DNA of 64,000 bases from a virus: positions 1-64,000 of IMG/VR virus record IMGVR_UViG_3300027586_000003, one strand, 5' to 3'. Below, in pieces: positions 1 to 7,962 of this stretch. Numbering within the stretch: the first letter of the stretch is position 1; every line of letters starts with the position of its first letter. The notes beneath the pieces were generated by a model, which saw nothing but the letters and a program-made list of their open reading frames with translations, was not told the DNA's origin and made no database searches. Position numbers and translations under genes: made by a program.

Positions 1-135
1 GCTCTTGCCGACAGACTCTCGCATTTCCTTCGAGGCGCACACCCCGAACGTCGGTGGCGATTGCGCCGTGCGAATTGAGATTTGCTTGAAGTCGGTCATC
101 TGGCGTTCGTGTTGGAAGGCGGCAATGCGGTTCAC
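1..135 (-). CDS. hypothetical protein, truncated by window edge
   Basis: GTG at 135, 8 nt after a -10 box; frame open to position 1. Confidence 0.4.
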   Translation of the reverse strand, partial: MNRIAAFQHERQMTDFKQISIRTAQSPPTFGVCASKEMRESVGKS

Positions 136-143
136 TGGTAAGG

Positions 144-177
144 ACGGTAGCATAGGGTTTTCAGTGTGTCAAGTGTA
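144..177 (-). promoter_or_regulatory. sigma70-like promoter (ACACTTGAC family)
   Basis: TACAC-TTGACA-17 nt-TACCGT with extended TGn. Confidence 0.65.
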
Positions 178-184
178 GCCGCTA

Positions 185-565
185 TTATCTAGTGACGTGA
201 ATCTTGGTGAACCGGTAGTCCGGCAACCATTCCGGCGTCAGGTGCAACGTGAATCCGGTCACGGTGACAGTGCCGTAGCCGTCGCCCTTTTCATGTTTCA
301 CTTTGCACTTGGAATAGTCCACGGACACGACGACTTCACGCTCAGTTCCGATTTCATCATCTGCCGATGCAAAGTCTTTTACGGTGAGTTGAACCGTTGC
401 TGTGCCGAACGGAATCACCTCAACCGACTTCAATCCCCACGAACGGAATTCCATGTCCAGCGTGAAGTTCACCACTACTTTTTTCCGATACTCAACCTCA
501 CGATAAATCGGCTCGGAGGGGTGAACCCATGTCACCGTTAAGTCCACTTGGTTTATGCAGTTCAC
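185..565 (-). CDS. hypothetical phage protein
   Basis: 126-aa ORF, GTGA overlap with the upstream gene. Confidence 0.7.
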   Translation of the reverse strand: MNCINQVDLTVTWVHPSEPIYREVEYRKKVVVNFTLDMEFRSWGLKSVEVIPFGTATVQLTVKDFASADDEIGTEREVVVSVDYSKCKVKHEKGDGYGTVTVTGFTLHLTPEWLPDYRFTKIHVTR

Positions 566-897
566 AACGACGCCTCCCTCAATTCGGACGCCTTGAACTT
601 AACCGCCATGTAGCCGCTCCAGTTCCACTCGGAAACCGTGTCCAACGTGCCGAAGCGGTGGCCCAAGTGGACAACCCCGTAAGCCTTGATGGAGAAAATT
701 TCACGGGTGAGACGATTCACCATGTATTTGCCCGAATGCCCCACGTCCACACGGGCATATTTACTGCCCAGCTTGATGCTGGTTTTGGCGTTCTCCCGAT
801 TGGTGTCGCAGTCCACATGGTTGCGAATCAGGGCGGCAAGCTGACCGGCCTCGACCAAATTGGCGAGCGGTTGAATTTCGGCGACGGTGGCGAGCAT
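562..897 (-). CDS. hypothetical phage protein
   Basis: 111-aa ORF tightly packed in the operon. Confidence 0.75.
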   Translation of the reverse strand: MLATVAEIQPLANLVEAGQLAALIRNHVDCDTNRENAKTSIKLGSKYARVDVGHSGKYMVNRLTREIFSIKAYGVVHLGHRFGTLDTVSEWNWSGYMAVKFKASELREASL

Positions 898-902
898 AGT
901 GG

Positions 903-1220
903 TTAGGCGCAGAGGGCGGACGCCGGAATCTTCCCGGCAACTTCGGCGTGAATGCCGTTCAGGAAAGTAACCTTGTCAGCCCACCGCAGCCAAGCCTTGC
1001 AGTTGGCGACCTCTTTCGCCGTCATCCCAGCGAACCGGGGGTCGTTGGCCTCGACGGGAGCGTATGCGCCCCGCCCCTCAAGGCGGTCAATCGCATCCGC
1101 CACGTCCGTAGGGCGGGGGCCGGAGAAGTCCCCGCCGTCAATGACGAGGAATGGAAGCTCTTCGCAGGAGATGTGTGCGAAGTCGTGAAGCTCGTCGGGG
1201 ATGATTGCCAGTGCGTTCAT
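903..1220 (-). CDS. hypothetical phage protein
   Basis: 105 aa, preceded by a promoter and an ACAACGACA leader. Confidence 0.75.
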   Translation of the reverse strand: MNALAIIPDELHDFAHISCEELPFLVIDGGDFSGPRPTDVADAIDRLEGRGAYAPVEANDPRFAGMTAKEVANCKAWLRWADKVTFLNGIHAEVAGKIPASALCA

Positions 1221-1268
1221 TTTGTTTTTGTCGTTGTCTTGTTTAGGTGCTACTCAGATTACACATGG

Positions 1269-1297
1269 AGTATGCAGCCACAAACTCGCACAGTCAA
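1269..1297 (-). promoter_or_regulatory. sigma70-like promoter
   Basis: TTGACT-17 nt-CATACT. Confidence 0.65.
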
Positions 1298-1367
1298 CAA
1301 CTTTCGCAAAATAAAAAAGAGCGGTGCAATACAAAATCCAGAATCGCCAATGTTCACGGCCTGACCG

Positions 1368-1403
1368 TTCTGACACAGATTCCACGTTAAATCTGTGTCA
1401 GAA
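1368..1403. repeat. perfect 14-bp inverted repeat (hairpin)
   Basis: TTCTGACACAGATT-8 nt-AATCTGTGTCAGAA, intergenic. Confidence 0.85.
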
Positions 1404-1420
1404 GGTAGGCGATTGGTGTT

Positions 1421-1639
1421 TCAAGCCGCTTTCAAAATCGTTTCACCGCACTGCCTTGCCACTACCTGCGCTGTCTCCAGCGTGTTTCCGTCGGTCATTC
1501 TGCGCTGTATCACGATGGAGGTTTCAGGGGTGACAATTTCGGCGTAGGCAATCCAGCGACCGGCATAGAACGCCCCCACCGTCACCGTGCCCTCGCTGTT
1601 GCGCCAGTGCATCTGCCGCTCGTCGGTAGGTGTGTTCAC
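1421..1639 (-). CDS. hypothetical protein
   Basis: 72-aa ORF overlapping the stop of the upstream gene. Confidence 0.6.
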   Translation of the reverse strand: MNTPTDERQMHWRNSEGTVTVGAFYAGRWIAYAEIVTPETSIVIQRRMTDGNTLETAQVVARQCGETILKAA

Positions 1640-1917
1640 TCCGGGGTAATGCTGATGATGCGGCCCTTAGTCCAATCCCGGCTCACCCACGCACGCACGC
1701 GGTAGGTCTTTCCGCTCTTCTTGGCGGACGCGGATATGGTGTAGCCCTTCTCGTCTTCCGTCTTGGAGCCGTCAATGACCGCGTAGCCTTTAAGCTCATT
1801 GAACGCATCAACGAGACTGCCCCGCTCGATGAATCCCAAGTTCGTCCGGTCTCCCGGAACTGCGATGGCTGCGGCGGCTGTAATCAGGAACGCACAGATG
1901 ATGATGATGGTTTTCAT
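1636..1917 (-). CDS. small secreted protein
   Basis: signal peptide MKTIIIICAFLITAAAAIA. Confidence 0.7.
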   Translation of the reverse strand: MKTIIIICAFLITAAAAIAVPGDRTNLGFIERGSLVDAFNELKGYAVIDGSKTEDEKGYTISASAKKSGKTYRVRAWVSRDWTKGRIISITPE

Positions 1918-1952
1918 GTTTTTGCTTGGTTAGTTCTGCTTGGTTACTGCTG

Positions 1953-2825
1953 TTACTCAAATTTTGCCCTGTTTGCGTATGGAACTTCAAGGCTGCCCGT
2001 TTTGAGTTTGCCTTCTATGTTTGCTAGATAGCTTTCCATGTAATGATCCTTCAGGCTTTTCTCACCGATATGGCTCCAGAAGTCTGAGGCAGCGAACCTT
2101 TCCGCGTCGTGCTCTTCAAGATACGAATAGTGCTTTCCGTTTAACAGTAGCACTTCCCTCCCGAAGTGCCGGTATGTTCCGTGAATGGAGTCGAGGATGG
2201 TTGCCGGGGGACACAGTGGAACTAGGTCTTTTCTATCCACCACTCTTATCAGCGGAAGTTTTGCGTATTTAGCGGCTCCTGTCTTGTTTGTGACTTTGGG
2301 TTGTCCAAAATTTATGCTCTGGCCCACTTTGAATCCGTCCATTTCAAGCCTGACCATCAGTAGTGTTGAGATTGCCGCGCCCAAAGAGTGACCCGTGCAG
2401 ATTATGGTGAAGTCCTTATTTAAGAACGGCTTGACATCGTTATACACGTCTTTGGAGGTGGAGTCAAAGCCACGGTGGACATACACCCCAAGCTCCTTGT
2501 CCTTTACAGGCACATACTCTGCATCCTCTTTGGCGTTTTTGAGGTTTGCTGTTCCCCTGACTGCGATAATTTGAGTCCTGTTAGCGGCGTCCGTCTCCAA
2601 GAAGTATTGAACCGAGTTTTTAAGCTCTGCCACTCTAACTACGTTTGGCAGGCTTGCCCGAATGGCTTTTTCATCCGAGTAGGCTAGGCTCGCTCGCTTC
2701 GCGTGCCACAGGACGCGGTCAAAATCTACAGAGTGGCTTTCTAACTGTTGTTGTTTGAACGGTGCCCGACAAGCGGCCAGCGCGGTTAATACAAATAGAC
2801 TAACCAATTTCAGTATTTTTTTCAT
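1953..2825 (-). CDS. class 3 lipase (alpha/beta hydrolase), predicted lipoprotein
   Basis: GHSLG nucleophile, VRGT, VHRGF, FGQPKV, DLVP, C-terminal DH; lipobox LAAC. Confidence 0.9.
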   Translation of the reverse strand: MKKILKLVSLFVLTALAACRAPFKQQQLESHSVDFDRVLWHAKRASLAYSDEKAIRASLPNVVRVAELKNSVQYFLETDAANRTQIIAVRGTANLKNAKEDAEYVPVKDKELGVYVHRGFDSTSKDVYNDVKPFLNKDFTIICTGHSLGAAISTLLMVRLEMDGFKVGQSINFGQPKVTNKTGAAKYAKLPLIRVVDRKDLVPLCPPATILDSIHGTYRHFGREVLLLNGKHYSYLEEHDAERFAASDFWSHIGEKSLKDHYMESYLANIEGKLKTGSLEVPYANRAKFE

Positions 2826-2870
2826 ATCTTGTTCAGCAGTTTATCATGGAGTGTTTGGCGCGTCATACGG

Positions 2871-2903
2871 ATTACTCACTACACTGAGTTAAATTACTCA
2901 GTG
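2871..2903. promoter_or_regulatory. operator-like palindrome upstream of the lipase promoter
   Basis: CACTGAGT-6-ACTCAGTG plus an extra ATTACTCA half site. Confidence 0.45.
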
Positions 2904-2943
2904 CGGATACATTAAGTTTTATTTTTCAAAGTTTGCAATTTCA

Positions 2944-3162
2944 TCACCTCAAAACAACCTCGCTTTCGGTTTCAATCCACACCCTCGCCCCACACCCTAG
3001 CGGTTTGTCGGGACTGTAGAAAACCTTGCTCATTCCTTTGATCTCTACCGAGTGCGCGTAGCGATTGGACTTGTAGGTTTTCACCGTGATTACCGGCTTG
3101 CGCTCTCCGGTCTTCTGGTTTGAGCGTATTTTGTTTTGATTTACGTGGATGACGGTTTTCAA
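2944..3162 (-). CDS. conserved small phage protein (IHVNQ..I..N / CGARVWIET type)
   Basis: recognisable phage motif; TTG start overlaps the upstream TGA. Confidence 0.75.
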   Translation of the reverse strand: MKTVIHVNQNKIRSNQKTGERKPVITVKTYKSNRYAHSVEIKGMSKVFYSPDKPLGCGARVWIETESEVVLR

Positions 3163-3407
3163 AAAATTGTTACCCGTGTCTGTGTCTCTTCCGAGTCCGG
3201 CTTCTTGGGCCGCTGCGCGATTGGGCGGGCAGACACGTCCCACACCCCACGCCGCAACTTAGCCCCAGCCACCCGCGCCTTGCCTTCGACAGCCGCACGA
3301 AACGCAATAGCCTCCTGTCTCTGGTGTCGGCGGATGATACGCGCTGCCTGCTTTACCGCGTCTCTCGCACTTTTTTGGATTTGTGCCGGGGTTCGGGTGC
3401 GTTTCAA
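3159..3407 (-). CDS. basic hypothetical protein
   Basis: Arg/Lys-rich ORF with TTGA overlaps at both ends. Confidence 0.6.
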   Translation of the reverse strand: MKRTRTPAQIQKSARDAVKQAARIIRRHQRQEAIAFRAAVEGKARVAGAKLRRGVWDVSARPIAQRPKKPDSEETQTRVTIF

Positions 3408-4120
3408 GGTTGTCCTTTCAAAAGTTGCACACACTGGCAGATGTCGCAACCGCAATTTGTGTGACCGAAGTCATTGAAAATTTCTAAGGCGGCAGCAGCC
3501 CGCCTCTCCACCTCCCGCAGACGGGCAACCTCTGCCACAGAGTCTATTCCACTCCGCACGCACTGCGTCTCCCCGACGTGATTGAGAAGGTTTGGAGCGG
3601 TCTGCCCACGGTGTCCGTTTACCACATTGGGCGCATCTACCGCCGCAATAGCCTCAAAGAACGCACTGGTAACGCCCAGCGTGGCCCGCATGACATGGTA
3701 AGTGACCATACTCGCCGCCGCTCGTGCTTTGGCCGCTGATTCCAGCGTCTTGATGAAGGCGTCCGCCTCGTTCTGCGACGATGGCAGAAAGTAACCGCCC
3801 CGGTCAGACAGCACCGGGATTTGATGCTCAATCCGAAGCTGGCGTATGATTTCACGAACCTGCCGAGTCGTGGACTCGAACTCGTTCGACACCACATCAG
3901 CCTCATGCTTGGGGTGGCAGCCCAGCCACGCCGCTGACCGGGCGATGTCCCGCTGCGAAAGGCGTGCGTCGGGAGCGTGTGCGTCCTCTAGCAACGCCAA
4001 CACAGTATCTTGTTCGTGCGTCAGCTTGCCGGGAACCTTGCGGACGTTGGAAATGCGGGCCTTCGTTCCGATGGCAATGTCCACGCTGGCGACCGGCTTT
4101 GAGATTTGGAGTTGTTCCAT
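3404..4120 (-). CDS. winged-helix DNA-binding protein
   Basis: TTRQVREIIRQLR..IPVLSDRGGYFL wHTH pattern; start placed at the ATG after an ACGACA motif. Confidence 0.65.
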   Translation of the reverse strand: MEQLQISKPVASVDIAIGTKARISNVRKVPGKLTHEQDTVLALLEDAHAPDARLSQRDIARSAAWLGCHPKHEADVVSNEFESTTRQVREIIRQLRIEHQIPVLSDRGGYFLPSSQNEADAFIKTLESAAKARAAASMVTYHVMRATLGVTSAFFEAIAAVDAPNVVNGHRGQTAPNLLNHVGETQCVRSGIDSVAEVARLREVERRAAAALEIFNDFGHTNCGCDICQCVQLLKGQP

Positions 4121-4143
4121 TGTCGTTTGGTTGACCGCACAGC

Positions 4144-4365
4144 CTACATACAGCGGTAGGACTCGCTCTGCTGCCACTTGGCATACCATTCGTCGTGCGC
4201 CTCAACCACGTCCGCAATCGGCACCCGCTTGTGGTAAATCTTGCTGCCGAACACGGCGGCGAGGTTGATCGTTCCGGCGATGACAGCGGACACACGATGG
4301 TAGCCGCCTTGATACTTCACGATGGAAGACTTCTTAATCGGTCTGGCGGATTCGGTTGCGTTCAT
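4144..4365 (-). CDS. hypothetical protein (predicted leaderless mRNA)
   Basis: ATG 6 nt after a -10 box. Confidence 0.7.
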   Translation of the reverse strand: MNATESARPIKKSSIVKYQGGYHRVSAVIAGTINLAAVFGSKIYHKRVPIADVVEAHDEWYAKWQQSESYRCM

Positions 4366-4371
4366 GTGCGG

Positions 4372-4405
4372 AGTCTCGCACAGGTTTCTAAACCTGTCAA
4401 GTGTA
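4372..4405 (-). promoter_or_regulatory. promoter with palindromic spacer
   Basis: TACAC-TTGACA-17-GAGACT; ACAGGTTT-AG-AAACCTGT. Confidence 0.7.
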
Positions 4406-4509
4406 TTGCTTCACATCGGTCAGTCATTGTCGTTGTTCAACTAAGTTTAATAGCTTTTCCCGCAATTAAACGATTGCCGTGTTTTGTTTAATTGAGCAGG
4501 CGCAGTGTC

Positions 4510-4980
4510 TTAAAAAGGAATTGAATCTTCGCCGCTTTTATCGGCGACAGAAGCCGCCGCACCGCTCGGATGCGCTTCTGGCCCGGTCATCGGCCTCTGA
4601 CGTGCTGGCGAGGCTGTAGGACGCCCGGCTTGGCCTTCTTCTCCACTGTCTTTCCACTGGATGAAGTGCGCCTGCTCAACCACCAGCGACAGCTTGCTGC
4701 GGTTCTGGCCGGTCTGCTTGTCTTGCCACGTCTCGGTTTTCATGCGCCCCACGAGACACACGTTCAACCCCTTGGCTGTGTGCTTCGCCATGTTCTCGGC
4801 GGTCTTGTCGAAAGCGGTGTAGGGAATGAAGGAGGCTTCCTCTTTCTTCTCGCCGTCCGGCGTCATCCACTTGCGGTTGACTGCCAACTGCCCGCTGGCG
4901 ATTGCCATGCCCTTTGGCGTGTAGCGTAGTTCAGGGTCGGCGGTTAAATTTCCGGCAAAAGTGCATTGGTTCAAGTTCAT
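4510..4980 (-). CDS. ssb: single-stranded DNA-binding protein
   Basis: GNLTADPELRYTP, OB-fold motifs, acidic C-terminal IPF tail. Confidence 0.95.
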   Translation of the reverse strand: MNLNQCTFAGNLTADPELRYTPKGMAIASGQLAVNRKWMTPDGEKKEEASFIPYTAFDKTAENMAKHTAKGLNVCLVGRMKTETWQDKQTGQNRSKLSLVVEQAHFIQWKDSGEEGQAGRPTASPARQRPMTGPEAHPSGAAASVADKSGEDSIPF

Positions 4981-5014
4981 ATCAGTGTGTTTTTACCGCA
5001 GTTTTTATTTTAAG

Positions 5015-5821
5015 TTAGCGTTTCCAGTAGTCAGCCGCACAGATTGCGCCCGCTACGACAGGGTTTCTGCCGCAGTCGTCGGACTGCGTAGCCGGACGTG
5101 CTGCTTGGCGAGCCGGACGGTTGGCATAGTAGCCTTGCTCACGACGGCGACGGCGGGTAGCCCACGCACGGACAGCACCAAGGGAGCGGCGGCTTTGCAC
5201 GGGGGCAACTGGAGCAACCGGAGCCGTGGCTTGTGCGCCTTCCCATCGGGCGATTACCATTCGATGCCAATTTACGAACTGCGACAGCGTAGCTCCGGGC
5301 ACGTTGACCGCCCGCACGTTTGCCAAGTCGCCAGTGAGGATTGCCGCCTGAACGGCAGCGAGGAAGGCGGACGTGATCGGGAACGCAGCGGACACCGGAT
5401 AGTCGGCAGAAATTGTCCGACCGTTTTGCGTAGCCGGGAACACGGGAGGCGGAATCATTGCCGCCAGCCGTTCACGTTGCTCCTCTGACGCCGCACCGAC
5501 AACGGAGGGAGCGGAAGCGGGAGCGTTCTGCGCAACTCGAAACACCGTGTCACAACGGGCCACCACCCGGTAGCCTCTGGACTGCTTGGCCGCTTGCTTG
5601 CTGCTTACGTAGGCAAGTGCGGACGGCAGCGACGCACCGCTCAATTTTACGCTGCTTTGGGCGTATGGTGAAATCCCGTAGCTGCCGTAGGCACCGTCTC
5701 TGCGGCCCCACCGGGCCGTCACGATATGACTGAAGGCATTGCCAATTTCAGCCTGCGTAATTTCCAGCACGTAAATCTTGTCGTGCCCGTCCGCATTGTT
5801 GTGAAGAGTTATTGAGCGCAT
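5015..5821 (-). CDS. WGR-domain protein
   Basis: HDKIYVLEI...ARWGR...K.SRGY WGR signature followed by a low-complexity tail. Confidence 0.7.
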   Translation of the reverse strand: MRSITLHNNADGHDKIYVLEITQAEIGNAFSHIVTARWGRRDGAYGSYGISPYAQSSVKLSGASLPSALAYVSSKQAAKQSRGYRVVARCDTVFRVAQNAPASAPSVVGAASEEQRERLAAMIPPPVFPATQNGRTISADYPVSAAFPITSAFLAAVQAAILTGDLANVRAVNVPGATLSQFVNWHRMVIARWEGAQATAPVAPVAPVQSRRSLGAVRAWATRRRRREQGYYANRPARQAARPATQSDDCGRNPVVAGAICAADYWKR

Positions 5822-5846
5822 AGTGTTTGGTGTTAATTGCAACGCC

Positions 5847-5880
5847 AGCCTACTTCACAGGCAGGCTGGCGTCAAGTGTT
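5847..5880 (-). promoter_or_regulatory. promoter enclosed in a hairpin
   Basis: ACAC-TTGACG-17-TAGGCT; ACGCCAGCCT...AGGCTGGCGT. Confidence 0.7.
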
Positions 5881-5888
5881 TTCAAAAC

Positions 5889-6449
5889 TTAATTGTTAAT
5901 CAAGTTTTCGTCACAGTTACCGAGCGAGGCCAGTTGGGCCTCCACCGACTGCTGGATTGCGACCGGGGGCGGAACCACGCCGCTGCGAACCTGCTCAATC
6001 ACGTCGGCGAGACGCAGAGCGTTCGGATTTCCTTCCGCCAATTCCGGTCGCACGATGAACGGGCCGATGCAATACATCCGGCTCGCACTGAGCTTGAAGA
6101 ACCGGACGTAGAGGCTGGCTGACCACTTGTAGGCGGCGTGCCCGTTGCCGCCGGTCTGTGCGTAGCGGAAGCGGTTCAGGTAGTTCACCACCGACAGGTT
6201 TCCGAGAAGGTGAATCGTTCCGAAATCGTCGTTGACGTGAGCACCACCGGACAGCGCATCCCCGGCTTCGTCCATGTTCAGCTTGATGCTCTTGCCGTAG
6301 ATTGCGCAGAGCGCATCGTGCAGCGATTGAAACTTGGCCTTGCGCTCTTCGAGCGTTCCCTGCCACGGCTTCGAGTGGCGGAAGGTGCGGATTGCCGACA
6401 CCACGGCGGGCTTGAACTTGCGGTCGAGGTTTAGGAGTTGTGCCATCAT
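5889..6449 (-). CDS. hypothetical phage protein
   Basis: 186 aa, own promoter and A/C-rich leader. Confidence 0.75.
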   Translation of the reverse strand: MMAQLLNLDRKFKPAVVSAIRTFRHSKPWQGTLEERKAKFQSLHDALCAIYGKSIKLNMDEAGDALSGGAHVNDDFGTIHLLGNLSVVNYLNRFRYAQTGGNGHAAYKWSASLYVRFFKLSASRMYCIGPFIVRPELAEGNPNALRLADVIEQVRSGVVPPPVAIQQSVEAQLASLGNCDENLINN

Positions 6450-6491
6450 AGTTTTGTCTTTTTGTTGTGTGTTTGTGCTTTCAACATCGCC

Positions 6492-6525
6492 ATCCTCGCA
6501 CGGGTGAAATCATTCGTCAAGTGTA
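6492..6525 (-). promoter_or_regulatory. promoter (ACACTTGAC family)
   Basis: TACAC-TTGACG-17-GAGGAT, shares GTGCGAG with the promoters at 4372 and 11799. Confidence 0.6.
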
Positions 6526-6858
6526 TTCGTCTCCAGTCAACCCTTTTTCTTCTTCGGCTCTCTCTGCCCGTGATACCAGCGGTTCAACGTCGCCGCCAAA
6601 CTGACCGCCTCCGCCTCCGTCAAGTTGTCCTCCGGGTGATTCGGCACTCCCGCCAGTTCCAGACATCGCTTTCCCACATGACTCTTGAGCATCCACGTCT
6701 TCACCGACCAGCCGCTCTCGGTTTTCAGGGGGGCGAACATAAGGGATTTTCAACCATCGTTGACCGCCACCTGAGTCTGCCCACAACTGTTCGAGGACGC
6801 CGCCGTTCCATCTCAAGAACGACGACGGACGCAGTGTGCGCGGCTCAGTTGTAGTCAT
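6517..6858 (-). CDS. hypothetical protein starting inside an attC-like arm
   Basis: ATG in the repeat CTCTATGAC; LRW..VLEQLW..W..IP pattern in the N-terminal half. Confidence 0.5.
   Translation of the reverse strand: MTTTEPRTLRPSSFLRWNGGVLEQLWADSGGGQRWLKIPYVRPPENRERLVGEDVDAQESCGKAMSGTGGSAESPGGQLDGGGGGQFGGDVEPLVSRAERAEEEKGLTGDEYT
6537..6740 (-). CDS. hypothetical protein
   Basis: 67-aa protein-like ORF nested in another frame of 6517-6858. Confidence 0.5.
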   Translation of the reverse strand: MFAPLKTESGWSVKTWMLKSHVGKRCLELAGVPNHPEDNLTEAEAVSLAATLNRWYHGQREPKKKKG

Positions 6859-6891
6859 AGAGGGCGGCTGTAGCTCAGTTCTGCGTTGCCG
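6853..6891 (+). repeat. attC-like half site (L'-R'), direct repeat of 7634-7668
   Basis: 33/35 identity with 7634-7668; GCTCAG TTCTGC GTTGCCG. Confidence 0.7.
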
Positions 6892-6907
6892 GGGTCGGTT
6901 GTTATTT

Positions 6908-7639
6908 TCATCGTGGCGCGGCGACGCGCTTGGTTTGCCGATGCTTTTTCCTGCGCGTTTGATTCTCAAACAGGGCGAATGATTCGTTGCCGCTTATTGC
7001 CAGCCTGTCGTCGGTATCTATTTCGAGACTCATGCTTTCAGCCTCCTGCTTTGAATAGACCACCTTTGCAAACTTTAGCCCGTGCTGCTTTATCAGCGCA
7101 TCATGCTTGCCACCGTAGCTGGCTTGCAGACATAAGTTGGCGGGTATCTGGTCGCGGCGAACCATCCAGAACGGAATTGACTTCGTGAACGCCCAAAACT
7201 TTACAGACGGCTTTTGCCTACATACTTCCAGCCATCCGTCGAAGTAGTCCTGCGAGAAGAAATCGCCGCCAGCGTGGATTCGGACGTGGGTTGCTTTTTT
7301 CGGCCAGCACGCCAGCAGTGTCTCTGCCACAGCCTCCGGCGTTTTGCCGCGCACAGACTCAAAGTTGTGCCACGCCTTTTCGCGCACTGCTGGGTAGCGT
7401 TCGGTTGTTGCTGAATAGCATTTGAAAGTTTGGTGTTCTCCATTTTTTATCTTGCCGGTTTTGCGGTCTGCATACGCCAGACATTCCAGCGCACCGGGAC
7501 AAGTAAAGCCGGATGGAAGATTCCAAGTAAAAACAGGAAACCCGAAATACTTGTTGTTGTCAGTAAATCCAAACTTTACACCGAGCAAATCACTGGAGCG
7601 AACAGCCGCCCCGCACGTCGTTGGTGATTCGGCAGTCAT
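6908..7639 (-). CDS. Gp88-like phage protein (Cys-rich, radical-SAM-related fold)
   Basis: WNLPSGFTCPGA..C..CY, VRIHAGGDFFSQDY, FWAFTKS motifs. Confidence 0.75.
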   Translation of the reverse strand: MTAESPTTCGAAVRSSDLLGVKFGFTDNNKYFGFPVFTWNLPSGFTCPGALECLAYADRKTGKIKNGEHQTFKCYSATTERYPAVREKAWHNFESVRGKTPEAVAETLLACWPKKATHVRIHAGGDFFSQDYFDGWLEVCRQKPSVKFWAFTKSIPFWMVRRDQIPANLCLQASYGGKHDALIKQHGLKFAKVVYSKQEAESMSLEIDTDDRLAISGNESFALFENQTRRKKHRQTKRVAAPR

Positions 7640-7672
7640 AGAGGGCGGCGGTTGCTCAGTTCTGCGTTAGGC
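7580..7672 (+). mobile_element. integron attC-like site
   Basis: R'' ACCGAGC, 5 nt, L'' ACTGGAGC (extra G), GCCGCCC/GGGCGGC stem, L' GCTCAG, R' GTTAGGC. Confidence 0.7.
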
Positions 7673-7962
7673 AACAACAAAAACGCTGGCGTTCGCTCGC
7701 CCACCCAAGCACCGGCCTGATTGAACTCATGGAACTCCTCGGCTTCATCCTCCGTCATGCCGTCATTCATCAGCCGTGCAATTACTTTGGCGCGGTCGTA
7801 GATGATTACGGGTTCTTGACCGAAACGGATGCAGATTCCAGCGATGCAGTCGTCGTATCCGTCCATCGTCAGCATTTCCCCGTATATTTCCGCCATGTCG
7901 GCTAACCATGCGCTGCACCTAACCCGGCCATCGCACTTCGGTTTCAATTTGGGATTCTTCAT
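7636..7962 (-). CDS. conserved acidic phage protein (DGYDDCIAG / YDRAKV / EAEEFHEFN type)
   Basis: recognisable motif set; both ends encoded by attC-like arms; upstream in-frame start at 8001 also possible. Confidence 0.75.
   Translation of the reverse strand: MKNPKLKPKCDGRVRCSAWLADMAEIYGEMLTMDGYDDCIAGICIRFGQEPVIIYDRAKVIARLMNDGMTEDEAEEFHEFNQAGAWVGERTPAFLLLPNAELSNRRPL

Noticed and set aside
890-910. GCCTAAC/GTTAGGC at 902-908 as another attC site
   Set aside because: It is the TAA stop of gene 903-1220, with no L box or matching inverted arm nearby.
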